64,000 nt of DNA. It comes from Piromyces finnis finn. Lineage: Eukaryota > Fungi > Neocallimastigomycota. How positions within the stretch are numbered: position 1 is the first letter of the stretch; each line of letters opens with the position of its first letter. The DNA is taken from NCBI GenBank assembly GCA_002104945.1, contig MCFH01000031.1:372001-436000 (forward strand), given 5' to 3'. Shown here in pieces: positions 1 to 13,143 of this stretch. Made by a program: the position numbers and the translations under genes. The notes below the pieces were generated by a model, which was given only the letters and a program-made list of their open reading frames with translations, did no database searches and was not told the DNA's origin.

Positions 1-696
1 ATGGCTAAATTTCTATTATTTTTTTAACAAATAAAATTTTTACATCACTAATGGGTGTCTTTTTCTTTAATGAAATATATCAAGACTCAAAATTTCTTAT
101 AGCGTTGCAAATAATATTTTTATTCCTATAAATGATTACCATTATAATTTTTGATTATTAACAAATTCTTTTAAAAATTCAAAAATCAAAAAAAAAAAAA
201 AAAAAATTAAAATATAATCCCATATTATTATGTTAGAAGTGTTTAAAATATTTTTACGTTATTTATTATTATTACTTAAATATATGTAATATATTTTTTT
301 TTTTTTTTTTTTACTTTTATATATTATAAATTATATTAGATAGAATACTATAAAAAAAGTTACATTGATTAAAAAAAAAAAAAAAAAAAAACTTTTGTAA
401 CAATATGAAATATATTTCTGTTTATGTATATTTGCTTATTAGATAAATCATAAAAAAATTGACTCGCTTATTATTTTATATTACTTTTTTTTCTTTTTTC
501 CTTTCTTACCTTGATTCAATTATATTATATATATACATAATTAGAATATACAATATTATTTTGGTAAAGAATAATATATACATATATTTATAAATCGCTT
601 TGTCATATATGTATTATATATTGAATAAAGAATTAAAATAAATATGAATTATTATATATATATATTATTTTGGTATTGAGAATTAAATATAAAGGA

Positions 697-760
<64 letters not shown>
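697..760. repeat. (TTA)n trinucleotide microsatellite, about 21 units
   Basis: Uninterrupted tattattatt run just 3' of the DnaJ stop codon. Confidence 0.9.
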
Positions 761-786
761 TTGGTTACAATTAAAAATATTTAAAT

Positions 787-2145
787 TTAATTTGTGGTAC
801 TAATTGGGAAATTAGTTGTTGTAGAATCTGGATCTGGTTTAACTGCACTAAAAACTTCACCAATGGCTAATAAGGCATCGGCTCTTCTGCGACGTAATTC
901 TGATGATACATTAGTATCAAAAAGAACATTATCACATACTTCACGGAGTACACTCTCAATTTCAAGTTTAGAACCACGCCATACGGTTTCCATACCCTTA
1001 TTAGCAGCTTCAAATTCTAATTGAACTTTACGCTCTTGATCTTCTGGTGAAAGCATATTTTCATTCTTTTCAGCTTCTTGTAATTTATTAAAACTTTGTT
1101 GAAGATCAATAGCAGTTTTTAAAGTACCTACTGTTTCTGAAAAAATGTGACCTTTTTCACGCATTAAACCTGTAAATTTAGAAGTGTAACCAAAAAGTTT
1201 ACGGTGAATGGCACCATTATCCACTTCATATTGTGCTAAAGCTTGTTCTGCTTTGTTTCTATAGATATAACCAATGGTATGTAAAATTTCTACACCATAA
1301 TTTTCTTTCTTTAATTCTTCTGATTCTGTTTTCATAATATCTTTGAGAATAGACATTGCTTTACAAGATACCTCCTTTACATCAATATTCATTTCCTTAT
1401 TAATATTATCATCTAATGGGAATGAATGGGTATAAGTACTAAGACGTTCTACTAATTTTGTAGAAAGAGTTTCAACACGCTTTTCACGTTCCAAATGTTT
1501 TTTCCTAAGATCTTCTTCGGTTTCAGCTTGTGTTTTTGTTGATGGATCAGCAGCAGCACCCGAAAGATCATTGAAAATAGAAATGTCACCAATAAGGTCA
1601 GAAAATTTTTCACCACCAAAAGTTTGTTTAAAGAATTCAGATGGATCACTAAATATATCCATATTGGCATCTGATTTACCATATTTATTGTAATTAGCAC
1701 GAAGGTCTGGATCTGAAAGGATTTGGTAGGCTTCTGAAACCTTTTTGAATTTTTCACCTGCTTCAGCATCATTTAAATTTTTATCAGGGTGATATTTTAA
1801 TGCCATTACACGATAAGCTTTTTTAATTTCAGCTTGTGTAGCAGTAGGTTTAAGTCCTAATATATCATAATATTCCATATCTGCTGGTTGTTCATCTGTT
1901 CCCATCTTACCACCAAAAAAGGCATTTGCAGAAGGTTTTGAGGTACTTTCAGTACGTGATTTAGATTTTGTTGTTTCTGGTTTGGTGGTATTAATTGTAC
2001 GGCAGAAACAACAACTAACTTTTACAGTATCACCAGTAGTAAATCTATTATCATAAGTATATTCTACTGTACGTTTACATGCTTCACAAATTAATTTTTT
2101 AGTGAATTGTGGATCTCTTGATTCTAAAGCTGTAGAAAATTCCAT
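787..2145 (-). CDS. DnaJ-domain co-chaperone with C-terminal DnaJ-X domain (Djp1/Caj1-like) and N-terminal CxxC..CxxC extension; intronless
   Basis: 452-aa ORF. J domain YYDILGL...[17 protein letters not shown]...[24 protein letters not shown] with intact HPD. X-domain motifs [13 protein letters not shown] and [14 protein letters not shown]...[15 protein letters not shown]. Confidence 0.9.
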   Translation of the reverse strand: MEFSTALESRDPQFTKKLICEACKRTVEYTYDNRFTTGDTVKVSCCFCRTINTTKPETTKSKSRTESTSKPSANAFFGGKMGTDEQPADMEYYDILGLKPTATQAEIKKAYRVMALKYHPDKNLNDAEAGEKFKKVSEAYQILSDPDLRANYNKYGKSDANMDIFSDPSEFFKQTFGGEKFSDLIGDISIFNDLSGAAADPSTKTQAETEEDLRKKHLEREKRVETLSTKLVERLSTYTHSFPLDDNINKEMNIDVKEVSCKAMSILKDIMKTESEELKKENYGVEILHTIGYIYRNKAEQALAQYEVDNGAIHRKLFGYTSKFTGLMREKGHIFSETVGTLKTAIDLQQSFNKLQEAEKNENMLSPEDQERKVQLEFEAANKGMETVWRGSKLEIESVLREVCDNVLFDTNVSSELRRRRADALLAIGEVFSAVKPDPDSTTTNFPISTTN

Positions 2146-2180
2146 TTTATTATAATTTAATTATTTTTATAAAATAAAAA

Positions 2181-2214
<34 letters not shown>

Positions 2215-5200
2215 AGCTATTGGAATATATATAATAAAAATATATATGGGAATTTATAAATATTTATTGAACTTGTCTTTTATAAATAGTTTAATAAATT
2301 TAGTCTTCTTTAACAATATAACAGATATAAAAACAAAATAAATAATGATATATAAAATATTATTATTTTTACTTAAAAATTATTTAATATTAACAATTAA
2401 AGAAATTGTTCTGATAGTATGATATAATTTGTTTTTATTTTGATTAATGGTAAAAAAAAAATTAATACTAAAATAAATGTGATTAAATGAGAGATGTATT
2501 TGATTGAATATTAAATTATTTTATTTAATATTATTTTGCCTTTCAAATAATTATTGAAATTTAAGGAATATTATATTTGTTAATTGTTCAATTGATTCAA
2601 TTTTATACTATTTATTGTCTATTTACTGATAAGTTATAGCTAATTTTATTTGTTATTCTGGTCGTAATAATTTTTAAAATTAATATACCTAAATAATTGA
2701 TTTATATATCTCTTTGAATAATGGTAAATCAATTTAATTTATTTATTAATATTAAATTGCCTATATAAAGTATATAAATTAGTCAAAAATATATATATCA
2801 GTTAATGTTTTATCTAAATATTGAGTTTAAGTTTAATTCTACTTTATATTTTGTTTATTTGTTTATGTGTTTATTTATTTAATATTCTCAATAAAAAGAT
2901 CTATTAATTATTTATGCATGTATAAATTAATCTATATTTATTTAATGTTCAAAAGTTAATTTGTTTTTATTTTGTTTTATTTAAATTAATTTATTATTAA
3001 TAAAAAAAATAATAAATTTCAATATTAAATAATTATTTAATAAATTCTTTTGTCATTATTAATCTTTTTAATTACCAATTCTTTAAAAATTCATTCAAAT
3101 AATAATTCACAATTATCTTTTTTTTCAAATCGTGTTAAAGTATTATATTAAATTATATTTATTTTTACCTTTATGAAAGATAGAATAAATAAAAAAAAGA
3201 AAAGAAAATATTTTTTTTTATTTTATTATTATTATTATTATTATTATTCAAATCAAAATAATAATAGATGATTTTTACTCTTTTTTTATTCTATTTTTTT
3301 TTTTTATTAATTGTATTATACCTATATATATTAAACTTTGATAAAATCAAATTTTTTAAATATATATTTATATTTAAATTATTTAATTCCAAAATTACTA
3401 TAATTAGTTATAAAAAATGGCAATTAATTTTCAATATTTTATGCGCTTTTTTTTTTATATTTTATATATATATAATTTCTTATTCATATGATAATAAAAA
3501 AAAATTAAACAAAAATGGAAAAATTAATTAAAAAATAATTATATCACATGAAATTTAAAAAAAAAATTCTGTCAATTAAAGTGGTTTTTGATATGAAAAA
3601 AAAAAAATTAGGGTTAAGGAATATTTATAATTTGGAGATTATCTATTGATAAAAATACATATGGAAAAGAATACTAAGGAGCAATAACATAATATAAAAC
3701 ATAACTAATGAAAAATAGTATGAATTAACTGAATTAATAACAATTAATTACATTGTGTTAAACTATTTGTTAAAAATGTTTGTTTGAATACTTTTATTTA
3801 AAATAAAAATTATTTTATTTATGCATAATATTATATTTTATATAAAAAGATATTTAAATAAATATTTTATCATAATTTTATTATAATAAAATATTATTTG
3901 AATTAAAATATTTCGCAATTTCGTAATAACAATTTATATTCAACGGCTTTCTTTTAGAAAATGCATGAAATTATATATATATTATATGTTTTATAATTTT
4001 ATTAGAATTATATATTTAAATAATTGGTTGATATTATTTTTTAGTGAATAAGTGTTTTAATTCATTATAATTCATTAATAATAGTAGACACATATATAAA
4101 TATTTAATTATCATTTTTACTTATTTTATTGCTTATCGTTGACTAGGTTGATAAATTATATATCTTAATTTTAACCATATTAATTTGAGAAAAAAAAATT
4201 ATACTCTACATTATTAATTCAATAAAATAAATAATAAAGAAAAATGTTCACAATAAACAAATATATGTATAGAAGAATATGTTTAAGAAACTACTAATAC
4301 AATTTTATCTTATAAAAAATATCAATTTATTAAATGGTAAAGAGGTATTATATTTAAAAAATAACATAAAAAAACATATTATTGTAATATATATTAATCT
4401 CTTTGTTTAAAACTGTTGATTATTAATTTGTTGTAATTTTTAATGTTTAGTATATTATTATTAAACTCTATAATTAATTTAGTTTTGTTGATGAATAATT
4501 ATTTTATATATACTTTTCTCAATATATTCGTTTTGTAATTAACAAAAGACAAAGACCATCCATATCTTTATTTTTTTTTTAACTCTAAATGATATGAAAA
4601 GTTTAATTCTATTTTCTATTTTTATTTAAACTATAGTTGGAGAAGTAAAAATGAATAAAATCCAACTTTACCACCTATACCACTATTTATTATTATAATC
4701 ATATATGCAATGATTATCAATAAAAGATATTTTTAAATGTTAAATGGTGTTAGAAAGAAGAACATTTTTTATTTATACAAAAATAATTATTTATTTTTAT
4801 ATTTTTGTATACAGGTTAATTAATATTTTTATTAATAAATAAAGTTTAGTTTTTTCACTATTTTTAGAAAATTCCATATAAATAATTATATTAGATGATA
4901 ATGAATTTATTTAAAATACTATTATATATTTATTTATTAAATATTATATATTTAAATATATATCTTAAATTAATTTCTTTAAATTATTTTTTTACAGTTA
5001 AAACTTGAAAAATAGCATTTTATATTATTAAAAAAACAAACAACCCACAATTATTATTGGATCCTTTTTCAATAATTGGAAACAAAAAAAAAAAAAAAAA
5101 AAATTACTCTATATATATATGGTATGGTAATTATATATTCATTTAATTATAGTATTAATTTATTTATTTTATATTTATTAATCCACTAACTTATTAATTC

Positions 5201-7954
5201 TGAAAGTGTGGTAAAAATACAAAATATATATTTTTTGTAATTATTAAATATTATTTTTATATAACAATAGTATAGAACTAACATTTTATATATCAACTTT
5301 TCCTTTTTTTTAATTAACCAAATAAACATTGATTAATGCTCATTATTATTGATGATGAAGCAAAAAAAAAAATAATCAATATTAATATTTCTATACCATT
5401 TATCCTATTATATTTGAATGTCTAATGTTCGAAAATGGCTTAATTTTATTTATAAAAAATTATTTATTCATTAAAACTGAAATAAAATGAATTAAGTAAT
5501 ATTGTATTTAAATATATTTTCTAATTATTATTTAATAGTAGTTATTTTAAATTAATATTATCGATAGCATTAAAATTGTATTAATACAAGTCTTTTTAAC
5601 TTTTATTACTTAATAATACCAATTCTATATTATTGAATTTAATAATTTTTCTATTTAATTGAGAAATTTTGTAGTTTTATTTTATTAATATATAATTAAC
5701 AATTTAGAATACATATATACAATTATTTATTGATGGCTTTATATATACTTTTAAAAATATAAAATTTAGCTTTTTTGCCATCAAAATTGTATAATTATAG
5801 TAATCATTATTAAATACAGTTTTATTTCATTTATTCTACAGTGTACATTACCTCGATTTATTAATACCATATTATATCTTTTTATATTTGTTCATTTTAT
5901 TATTATAAACTAATTATTAATTTATCTTTCATTAATAAAAGTTTTAATAAAGTATATAAATAAATAAATAAAAAGATTAACTAATAAGATTTATTATTAA
6001 TGTTTGGGTTTAATTAATGAAAATTTTTTTTTTAAATAACAAAAATCTTATTATTGAATTAAAAATACTTATTTACATTACATTATAACATTAGTTACAT
6101 TATGTAGATTTATTGGAGGAATAAATGGGTTAGAATTTTTATGATTTAATATTCTAATTAAAATATTTATATTATTTTAATAGTCTTTTTAATAATAAAC
6201 TTTAAATACATAATCTAATATAGTTATATACATTTTTTATATATAATAGAATATATTCTATATTTTATGCTTTTTTCTTTCAATAAATTATACCATATTC
6301 TGATTAAATTGATATTATACAACTTATATATTATATAAATATATTAGAATAAAATAATAAATATTTTATATTTAAATTACATTTTAAACAAAGGTCAAGT
6401 GAAAAGGTGTTAAAAATTTTTTAAATTAATTAAATCTAATAAATATATTATATATATTATAATAAACTAAGGATATATAAAGCATTTAAATAAAACTTTA
6501 AATTTTTATATTTAAAAGATTTTCCAATAAGATATAATTTATATAATTTATTCTATAATATTATTAATATATTGTTGTATTGAATGATTTAAATTATTTT
6601 TTGTTATTAACCTATCAAATGAATGAACTAATATATAGGAATGGTGAGTGTAAAATCACATCATCAAAAAAAAAAAAAGATAATTAAAAAATGATAGTGT
6701 ATAAACCAATTTAATTTGACTATATTTGAATATATATTTTATTATATAATAATAAATATATCCAATTAATTTCTTTTTTATTATCATCATTTTTGACCTT
6801 TTTTTTTTTTTAATTTTAATTTTTTTATTATTTGTTCCTATTGTTCCTACTACCATTTTTTATTTTTCATTTTTTTCCATTAATTATTTATTATTTAAAA
6901 TTTTTTAAAGTAAAGAATTATTAATTATTATTATTAATTTTTTTTTCTACTTGTTTATCAAATAAAATTTTAATAATTTTTTAAATTTTTTTTTATTTTT
7001 GAAATTGTTTTAAATATAAAAATATTTCACTTTTTATATAATTTTTTAATTTTCTATAGTTTTTTTTTTTAAAAAAAACAATATTCTTTTTTTTTTTTTT
7101 TAATTATTTAAATAATATAGAAATTAGATTTTTTTTTTTTATTTCACATAAGCTATTAACTTATTATTATTATAAAAACAATAATAATAATTAAAAGAGG
7201 AATTAATAAAGAAATAAAGTAAACGTAACTAAAAATAAAACTACGCATATACCAATCTATTTATATACTTTTAAACAAAGAAAAAAGTAAAAGAGTAAAT
7301 TGAAAGATTTTTTATTTTTACTTTTTTTTTTGATATATAAAGATTATTCAGTTATTTTTATTGATTAATGATACTTTTTGATTTCATATAATAATAGTAT
7401 ATAAACTTTTAATTTATTATCAAAAAGTATTAATATTAGTAAAATAAGAAATAATACCAACTGTATTTGAAGGCATATTATATTTTTTTTTAAAGAAAAG
7501 ATATATCCTTTAAAGACATTGTAAAGTATTATAAACGAATAAATAAATAAATAACAATATTTATTAATTAAAAAAAATAAGCATTTTAATAAATGATATA
7601 TATAACTATTTTTTATAAAAAATAAAATAGTTTCTTTTTTTTAACTAGATTTATATAATAATAATTTCTATTGTGTAATATAATGGTAATTATTTATTTA
7701 AATAAATAGTTATATATATTTAAGCAACATAATATAATACAATAAATAAATATAATTATATTTGTTTTATAGTTTGAAACTACTATTATAATAAATATAA
7801 AAAATAATACAAATATTTTTTTTTAATTTTATTTATGATTTTATGAATAATAGTGTTAATTAAAAATTTATATTTTTATATTTATTCTTTTCTTTATAGA
7901 TAATATCATTATTCAGTAAAGAAATTAAATAATATTACTATTTTATATACAAGA

Positions 7955-8896
7955 ATGTTAATAGAAATTAAAACAGCTTGTCAGTTTTTGACAAATTATA
8001 TTACGCCACCTCAAGTTAGTGAAGGCCAATCTAAACTTTTTGGATTAATTTTGTCTACTTTATTACACGCAAAATATGCATCTCATTGGGATCTTAAAAA
8101 TCCAAGCAAAGGAAATGCTTACAGAGCAATCACTATTTTTAATGAAAGATTGGATTCAACTATAATAAGTGCAGCACAAGCAGCAAATATTCCAAATATA
8201 GGAAAATATTTACCAAATGAACTTTGTTTATGGATAGATCCAAATAGCGTTTCTTACAAAATTGGTGATTATGGTAATGTCATTACTCTTTATGAAAATC
8301 CAGAAAATAAATCTTACTCACCAAGATCTGCTAATTCAACAATGATGACTAACAATGTATCTAGTTCCTCTTCTAAATCTTCCAAATCTAGTATTCATGG
8401 AAATAAACATCGCAACTCTATGTCTGATATTTACGTGAATAAGGGTTCTTCCCAATCTGGAAGATCTAAAAAGTACAATAATAACAATAATTTTGCTATG
8501 AAAAAAAATTTATCTTCAAACAAAGAAAATAATAACAATAACTATCCAAAACACTCTCAAAATAGTGCAGGAGGCAGTAACAAAAAGAATGAATCTCAAT
8601 ACCACAACACTAGTAGCATGAATGGTGATTTAAATCATAAGAAGGACCATAAGTCAAAGTCTCCAAAACCATCTTACCAAACTAAGACAAACCCAACTAA
8701 AACTGGTTCAACTCGTGAATTATCTCCAATAGCTAAATCCTTAAGAGCTCAACTTATCGCTCAATCAAGATTCAATATCCCATTCCTTTATCCTAAGGAA
8801 AGTGAAACTGCACCAGCTAACAATTCTTCTTCTTTCATGAACGATACTTCTTACTCCAAGTCAATTACTATGGCTCCACAAATTTTGGCTAATTAA
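7955..8896 (+). CDS. BTG/Tob (APRO) family protein with low-complexity S/N/K-rich C-terminus
   Basis: N-terminal MLIEIKTACQFL...KYASHWDLKNPSKGNAYRAI (box A-like) and LPNELCLWIDPNSVSYKIGD (box B-like) are the BTG domain signatures. Single-exon ORF of 313 aa. Confidence 0.88.
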   Translation: MLIEIKTACQFLTNYITPPQVSEGQSKLFGLILSTLLHAKYASHWDLKNPSKGNAYRAITIFNERLDSTIISAAQAANIPNIGKYLPNELCLWIDPNSVSYKIGDYGNVITLYENPENKSYSPRSANSTMMTNNVSSSSSKSSKSSIHGNKHRNSMSDIYVNKGSSQSGRSKKYNNNNNFAMKKNLSSNKENNNNNYPKHSQNSAGGSNKKNESQYHNTSSMNGDLNHKKDHKSKSPKPSYQTKTNPTKTGSTRELSPIAKSLRAQLIAQSRFNIPFLYPKESETAPANNSSSFMNDTSYSKSITMAPQILAN

Positions 8897-10303
8897 AATG
8901 AGTACTTTATGGGATAGGTTATTTGGTAGAAAAGGAAATAATTTAAAAAATTTTTTATCAAGAAAGTAATTATCCCCGTTCATTTTTAAATAATAAATGA
9001 AGTATTCATAAAATTATTATCTATAAGAATTATTATTAAATATAATAAATAAAAATAAATACGTTTATTGAAAGAAGGAGAATAAAAAAGAAGTTTTTAT
9101 AAAAAATATTTCCTTCAAATAAGGCTTTATTAAACTATTTTATTAAACCATGTAAAGGAATTTATGTAACACTAATCATACTATTATTGCAATTTTGCCT
9201 AAAGAAGAAAGAAGATAATTTATTGCTAATCTTTTGGATTATTTAGAAGAATAAGGAAAGGACGAAGAAAAACAGATTATTTTGGATTTTTTCAACAAGT
9301 CTAAATATCTATTCTCTTAAATAATTATACCAATTTAGGATCTTTTTAATAATATTTTACATTCTCATATACATATTTTAAATTTAATTTATTTTTTATT
9401 TAAAAAATGATTTATTTTTTATAAAAAAACGCTTTAACAATAAAAATTAGATACATTTTTTATCTTTTTTATTGTTTTAAAGAATAATTTGAGAGGAAAT
9501 TAATATAATCTATCATAGTAATATCGTCGTAACTTTTTTTTATTTAACATCTTTATAAACTATTTTATCATCTATTCATTATATTTAATATTATTACATA
9601 GCATAAATAATATAAATAATCAATACACATTATTTTTATTTTTATATTTAAATTAATCGTTTTTCAAATATAATAATATTATATTATAAATATTAAATTA
9701 TATAGTTTACATTTTTTATTATACATTTTTTTTATCATTATTTAATTTATAATGATCCTTTAATTGGTAAAAAAGGTAAAATATATAAAAGTAGGAAAAA
9801 TATTTATTTTTAACTGGAATTACCAATTGCCATTTATGATAATAAGTATCAATTTAAAAGAAAGAACAATCATTCTCTTGTCAATAATGCCATTGGGACT
9901 ATGTGATAAGAAAAATATTCAAAATATAAGAATTATATTTTTCTTTCTATAATTAATAAGGATCATTATATTTTATACCAAATCTGAAATATTAATTTTA
10001 AATTATTCAGTTGAGAATGAGAAAAAAAATAATCAAGAAATTTCAAAAAAAAAAAAAAAAAAAAATAACAACAGCTTTTTGAACAGTAATTAATATAATT
10101 ATTTGTATAAATAATCAATTCATATAAACAATTATTATCATTATTATCTTTAATTCATAAATATTGAAGCAGCATCTAGAAAAGATTTTTTTTTATCGTT
10201 ACTTATCAGAAAAAACATTAAAATATTAATTATTAGTGAATTTAATTTTTTTTTTCCAAAAGATCATCACAGAAAAAAAAACATAAAAACACAAACACAC
10301 ACA

Positions 10304-10340
<37 letters not shown>

Positions 10341-11453
10341 AAAAAGCGTACATCACATTAAAAATAAAATAAAGTAAAAAATAACAAAATTTTTATCAAA
10401 AAAGTAAACAACAACAATAAAATCAATAATTTTCATAATAATTAAAAATCCTCAGCTTCATAGATGATTTATATCCTTAAAGTAAAATAAAATAGAAATC
10501 AATGAAAATTAATTAAAAAATGAAAAAACAAACGAAAACTAAAAAAAAAAAAAAAAAAAAAAAAAAATAGAAACAAAACAAGAAAAAAAAAAAAAAAAAA
10601 AAACAATAACAACTAAAATTCAATTGTTATATATCATAAATTTTAAATTTTATTTATTTTTTATTGAAAGTAAAAATATCATCATTCAACATGTGCTCTA
10701 TGCAAAATAGTTTTTGTATATAAATCGATTTTTTGTAACCTTTTTTTATTTATATTCAACTTTATTGGATATAAATATTATACCAAAGTTATTCATACTT
10801 GAACAAAATTGAAAGAAAAAATATTCTAAACAACTAAAATTTTGGTGAAGAATAAGCAGTATAATTTTTTGTACAATCATAAATCAAAACAAATTCCTGT
10901 TGATAATTTAAATAATTTTCATAGTTAAAAAAGGAATAAGGAGAAAAAAAATATTTCAAATTTATCAATTATTAAGAAACTTGATATATATACCGTAGGT
11001 TTGTTAAAACGATTTATTTTTTCTTCCAAAAAGAAAAAAAAAAAATTTAAAAAACAACAACAAAGAAAAGTTTTGTTATTTTTTATTTAAATTATTTTTT
11101 AATATATAATATTTAAAATGTAAAAATATATAAAATAATATTTATAATATATTTATAATATATATTATAATAATAAATAATATATACCAATTATTTAATT
11201 TATTAATATTTAAAAAAGCAAACAAACAAAAAACTGTTTATATTTGTAGTGTATGAAAGTAAATTTGTGTTTATGTTTTTTTTTAAGAAAGAAATGTATT
11301 GATAATTGTTCAAAATATATAATATATTGATTTGGTAATAGATAAATTGAATATACGTTGTATATTTTACTTTATTTAATTTCCATTTTATAATTTTATA
11401 TATACATTATATAATTTGATTTTTATATTTTCCCTATTTACTATGTTATCATA

Positions 11454-11630
11454 TTAATTTTTTTCACAGTGTTGTTGTTTTGTCTTTTCTTTTAAACGAT
11501 CATCAATGGCTAATTTCTCAGCAGTGACATATTGAGTAGAAATATCTTTTTGTTCTGTATCACTTAAATCATCAAAGAATTCATCGAAACCATGAAGAAG
11601 TGGATCATCGTCATAAGTTGGTAACATATA

Positions 11631-11672
<42 letters not shown>

Positions 11673-11719
11673 AAGGAATTGTATTAGTTAAAGAAATATA
11701 TATAAATATAGATAAATAT

Positions 11720-11756
<37 letters not shown>

Positions 11757-13076
11757 ATTCTAATATTTTGTTACATACTTCACATCATTCCATCCATTTT
11801 CTTGATCCTTACTAGGAATGACAGTATAGTGTTTTTGATCTTCTAAATGTTGTCCTAATTCTGAAATATCTTCAAAGCCTTTTCCACATGAAAAACATTT
11901 TAATAGAGAGGTTTGACGTCGAATATAATTAATTAGCATAATGCATTGATAAAAATCTAAACCTATAAAATTAAGGGAATATAAGATATTTGAAAAAAAA
12001 AAGTTAATATAAAAATCCTTTAAATAATAAAGGTCTATTCCTATTCTTTTTACTATTATTAAATTTGATTTAATATACATATTATATATATTAATTTTTT
12101 ACCATTCTTTTTTTGAATTTCATAAAAATCAAAGTGATGTTCATTTTTCATGTGATTGAGAGCTTCTTCAATTGATTCAGCAACATATTCATCAAATAAA
12201 CACATAGTTGGTTCATTTTCAACTTCATCATCCCAATCATCCCATTCACTTTTATTGATATATAAAAGTATATTGTATAAAAAATAAAAAAGAATTAAAA
12301 ATAAAATAAAATAATTTTATATATTTGCTAATTATAAATAAACAAATATATAAAAAGAAAAATTTTCATTCAACAATTACTTACTCATCTTTTTCGTCAT
12401 CACTTTCATATTTATCATTTACAAAATTTTCCCAATTCTTTCCTGGCTCTAGATAATTGATAATATAAAATTTATCATAAATATGATTCTTGGAATTAAT
12501 TTTAAAATGCTTCTTTTTCCTCATATGTTTACGTAATACAGCATTCGATTTAAATATTTTTTCACAATAAAGACATTGTAAACTAAAATATTGTTAAATA
12601 AAAAATATGAGGAGAAAAAAAAATTGTTAATATTGTTTAACATATATAAAAGTGAAATAGTATATTAATGCATTTTTTAACATTTATAAATATTTTTTTT
12701 TTTTTAAAAAAAAGCTTTAAAACGATTATATATATATTTTTCTTATTATAATTAATTATTTTTGTATTTTTTACTTATTATTATCATTATCACTTCCTTT
12801 TTTCTTTTTTAATTTTATTTAAAATTTTATGACTTACCCATTTAATTTGGTTTGAAGTATATACAGGAATTCATCTATATTTACAATATTGTCTGGAAGA
12901 CCAATATTAAAGTTATGTTCTGTAAACATATGCTATAAAATTAATAGCCATTTGTATATAATTAGTTTATTCTACATTTTTGAATAAAAATACTACTATT
13001 ACTATTATTATTATTATTATAAAAACTTACTTGGAAATAATTAATTCTTTTATGTTAATGCATATCATTGTTTAGG

Positions 13077-13143
<67 letters not shown>

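Noticed and set aside
794-1024. Antisense or alternative-frame ORFs overlapping real genes (also 1452-1772, 14047-14576, 21804-22080, 36766-36954, 47238-47558, 50876-51837, 53635-54170)
   Set aside because: They are shadows of low-complexity coding sequence on the other strand or frame and have no domain motifs.
3268-3531. Short F/I/L/Y/K-rich intergenic ORFs (also 6656-6856, 9764-9952, 13068-13289, 48026-48404, 49971-50231, 63055-63394)
   Set aside because: Composition mirrors AT-rich non-coding DNA and microsatellites; no coding signal.
7503-7511. ATATCCTTT resembling a U12-type AT-AC 5' splice site upstream of BTG
   Set aside because: No TCCTTAAC branch point or AC acceptor found downstream; expected by chance at this AT content.
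10295-10345. (CA)n and poly-A stretch with strand skew between BTG and ZNF277
   Set aside because: Ordinary simple repeats, probably UTR or intergenic; not telomeric and no array structure.
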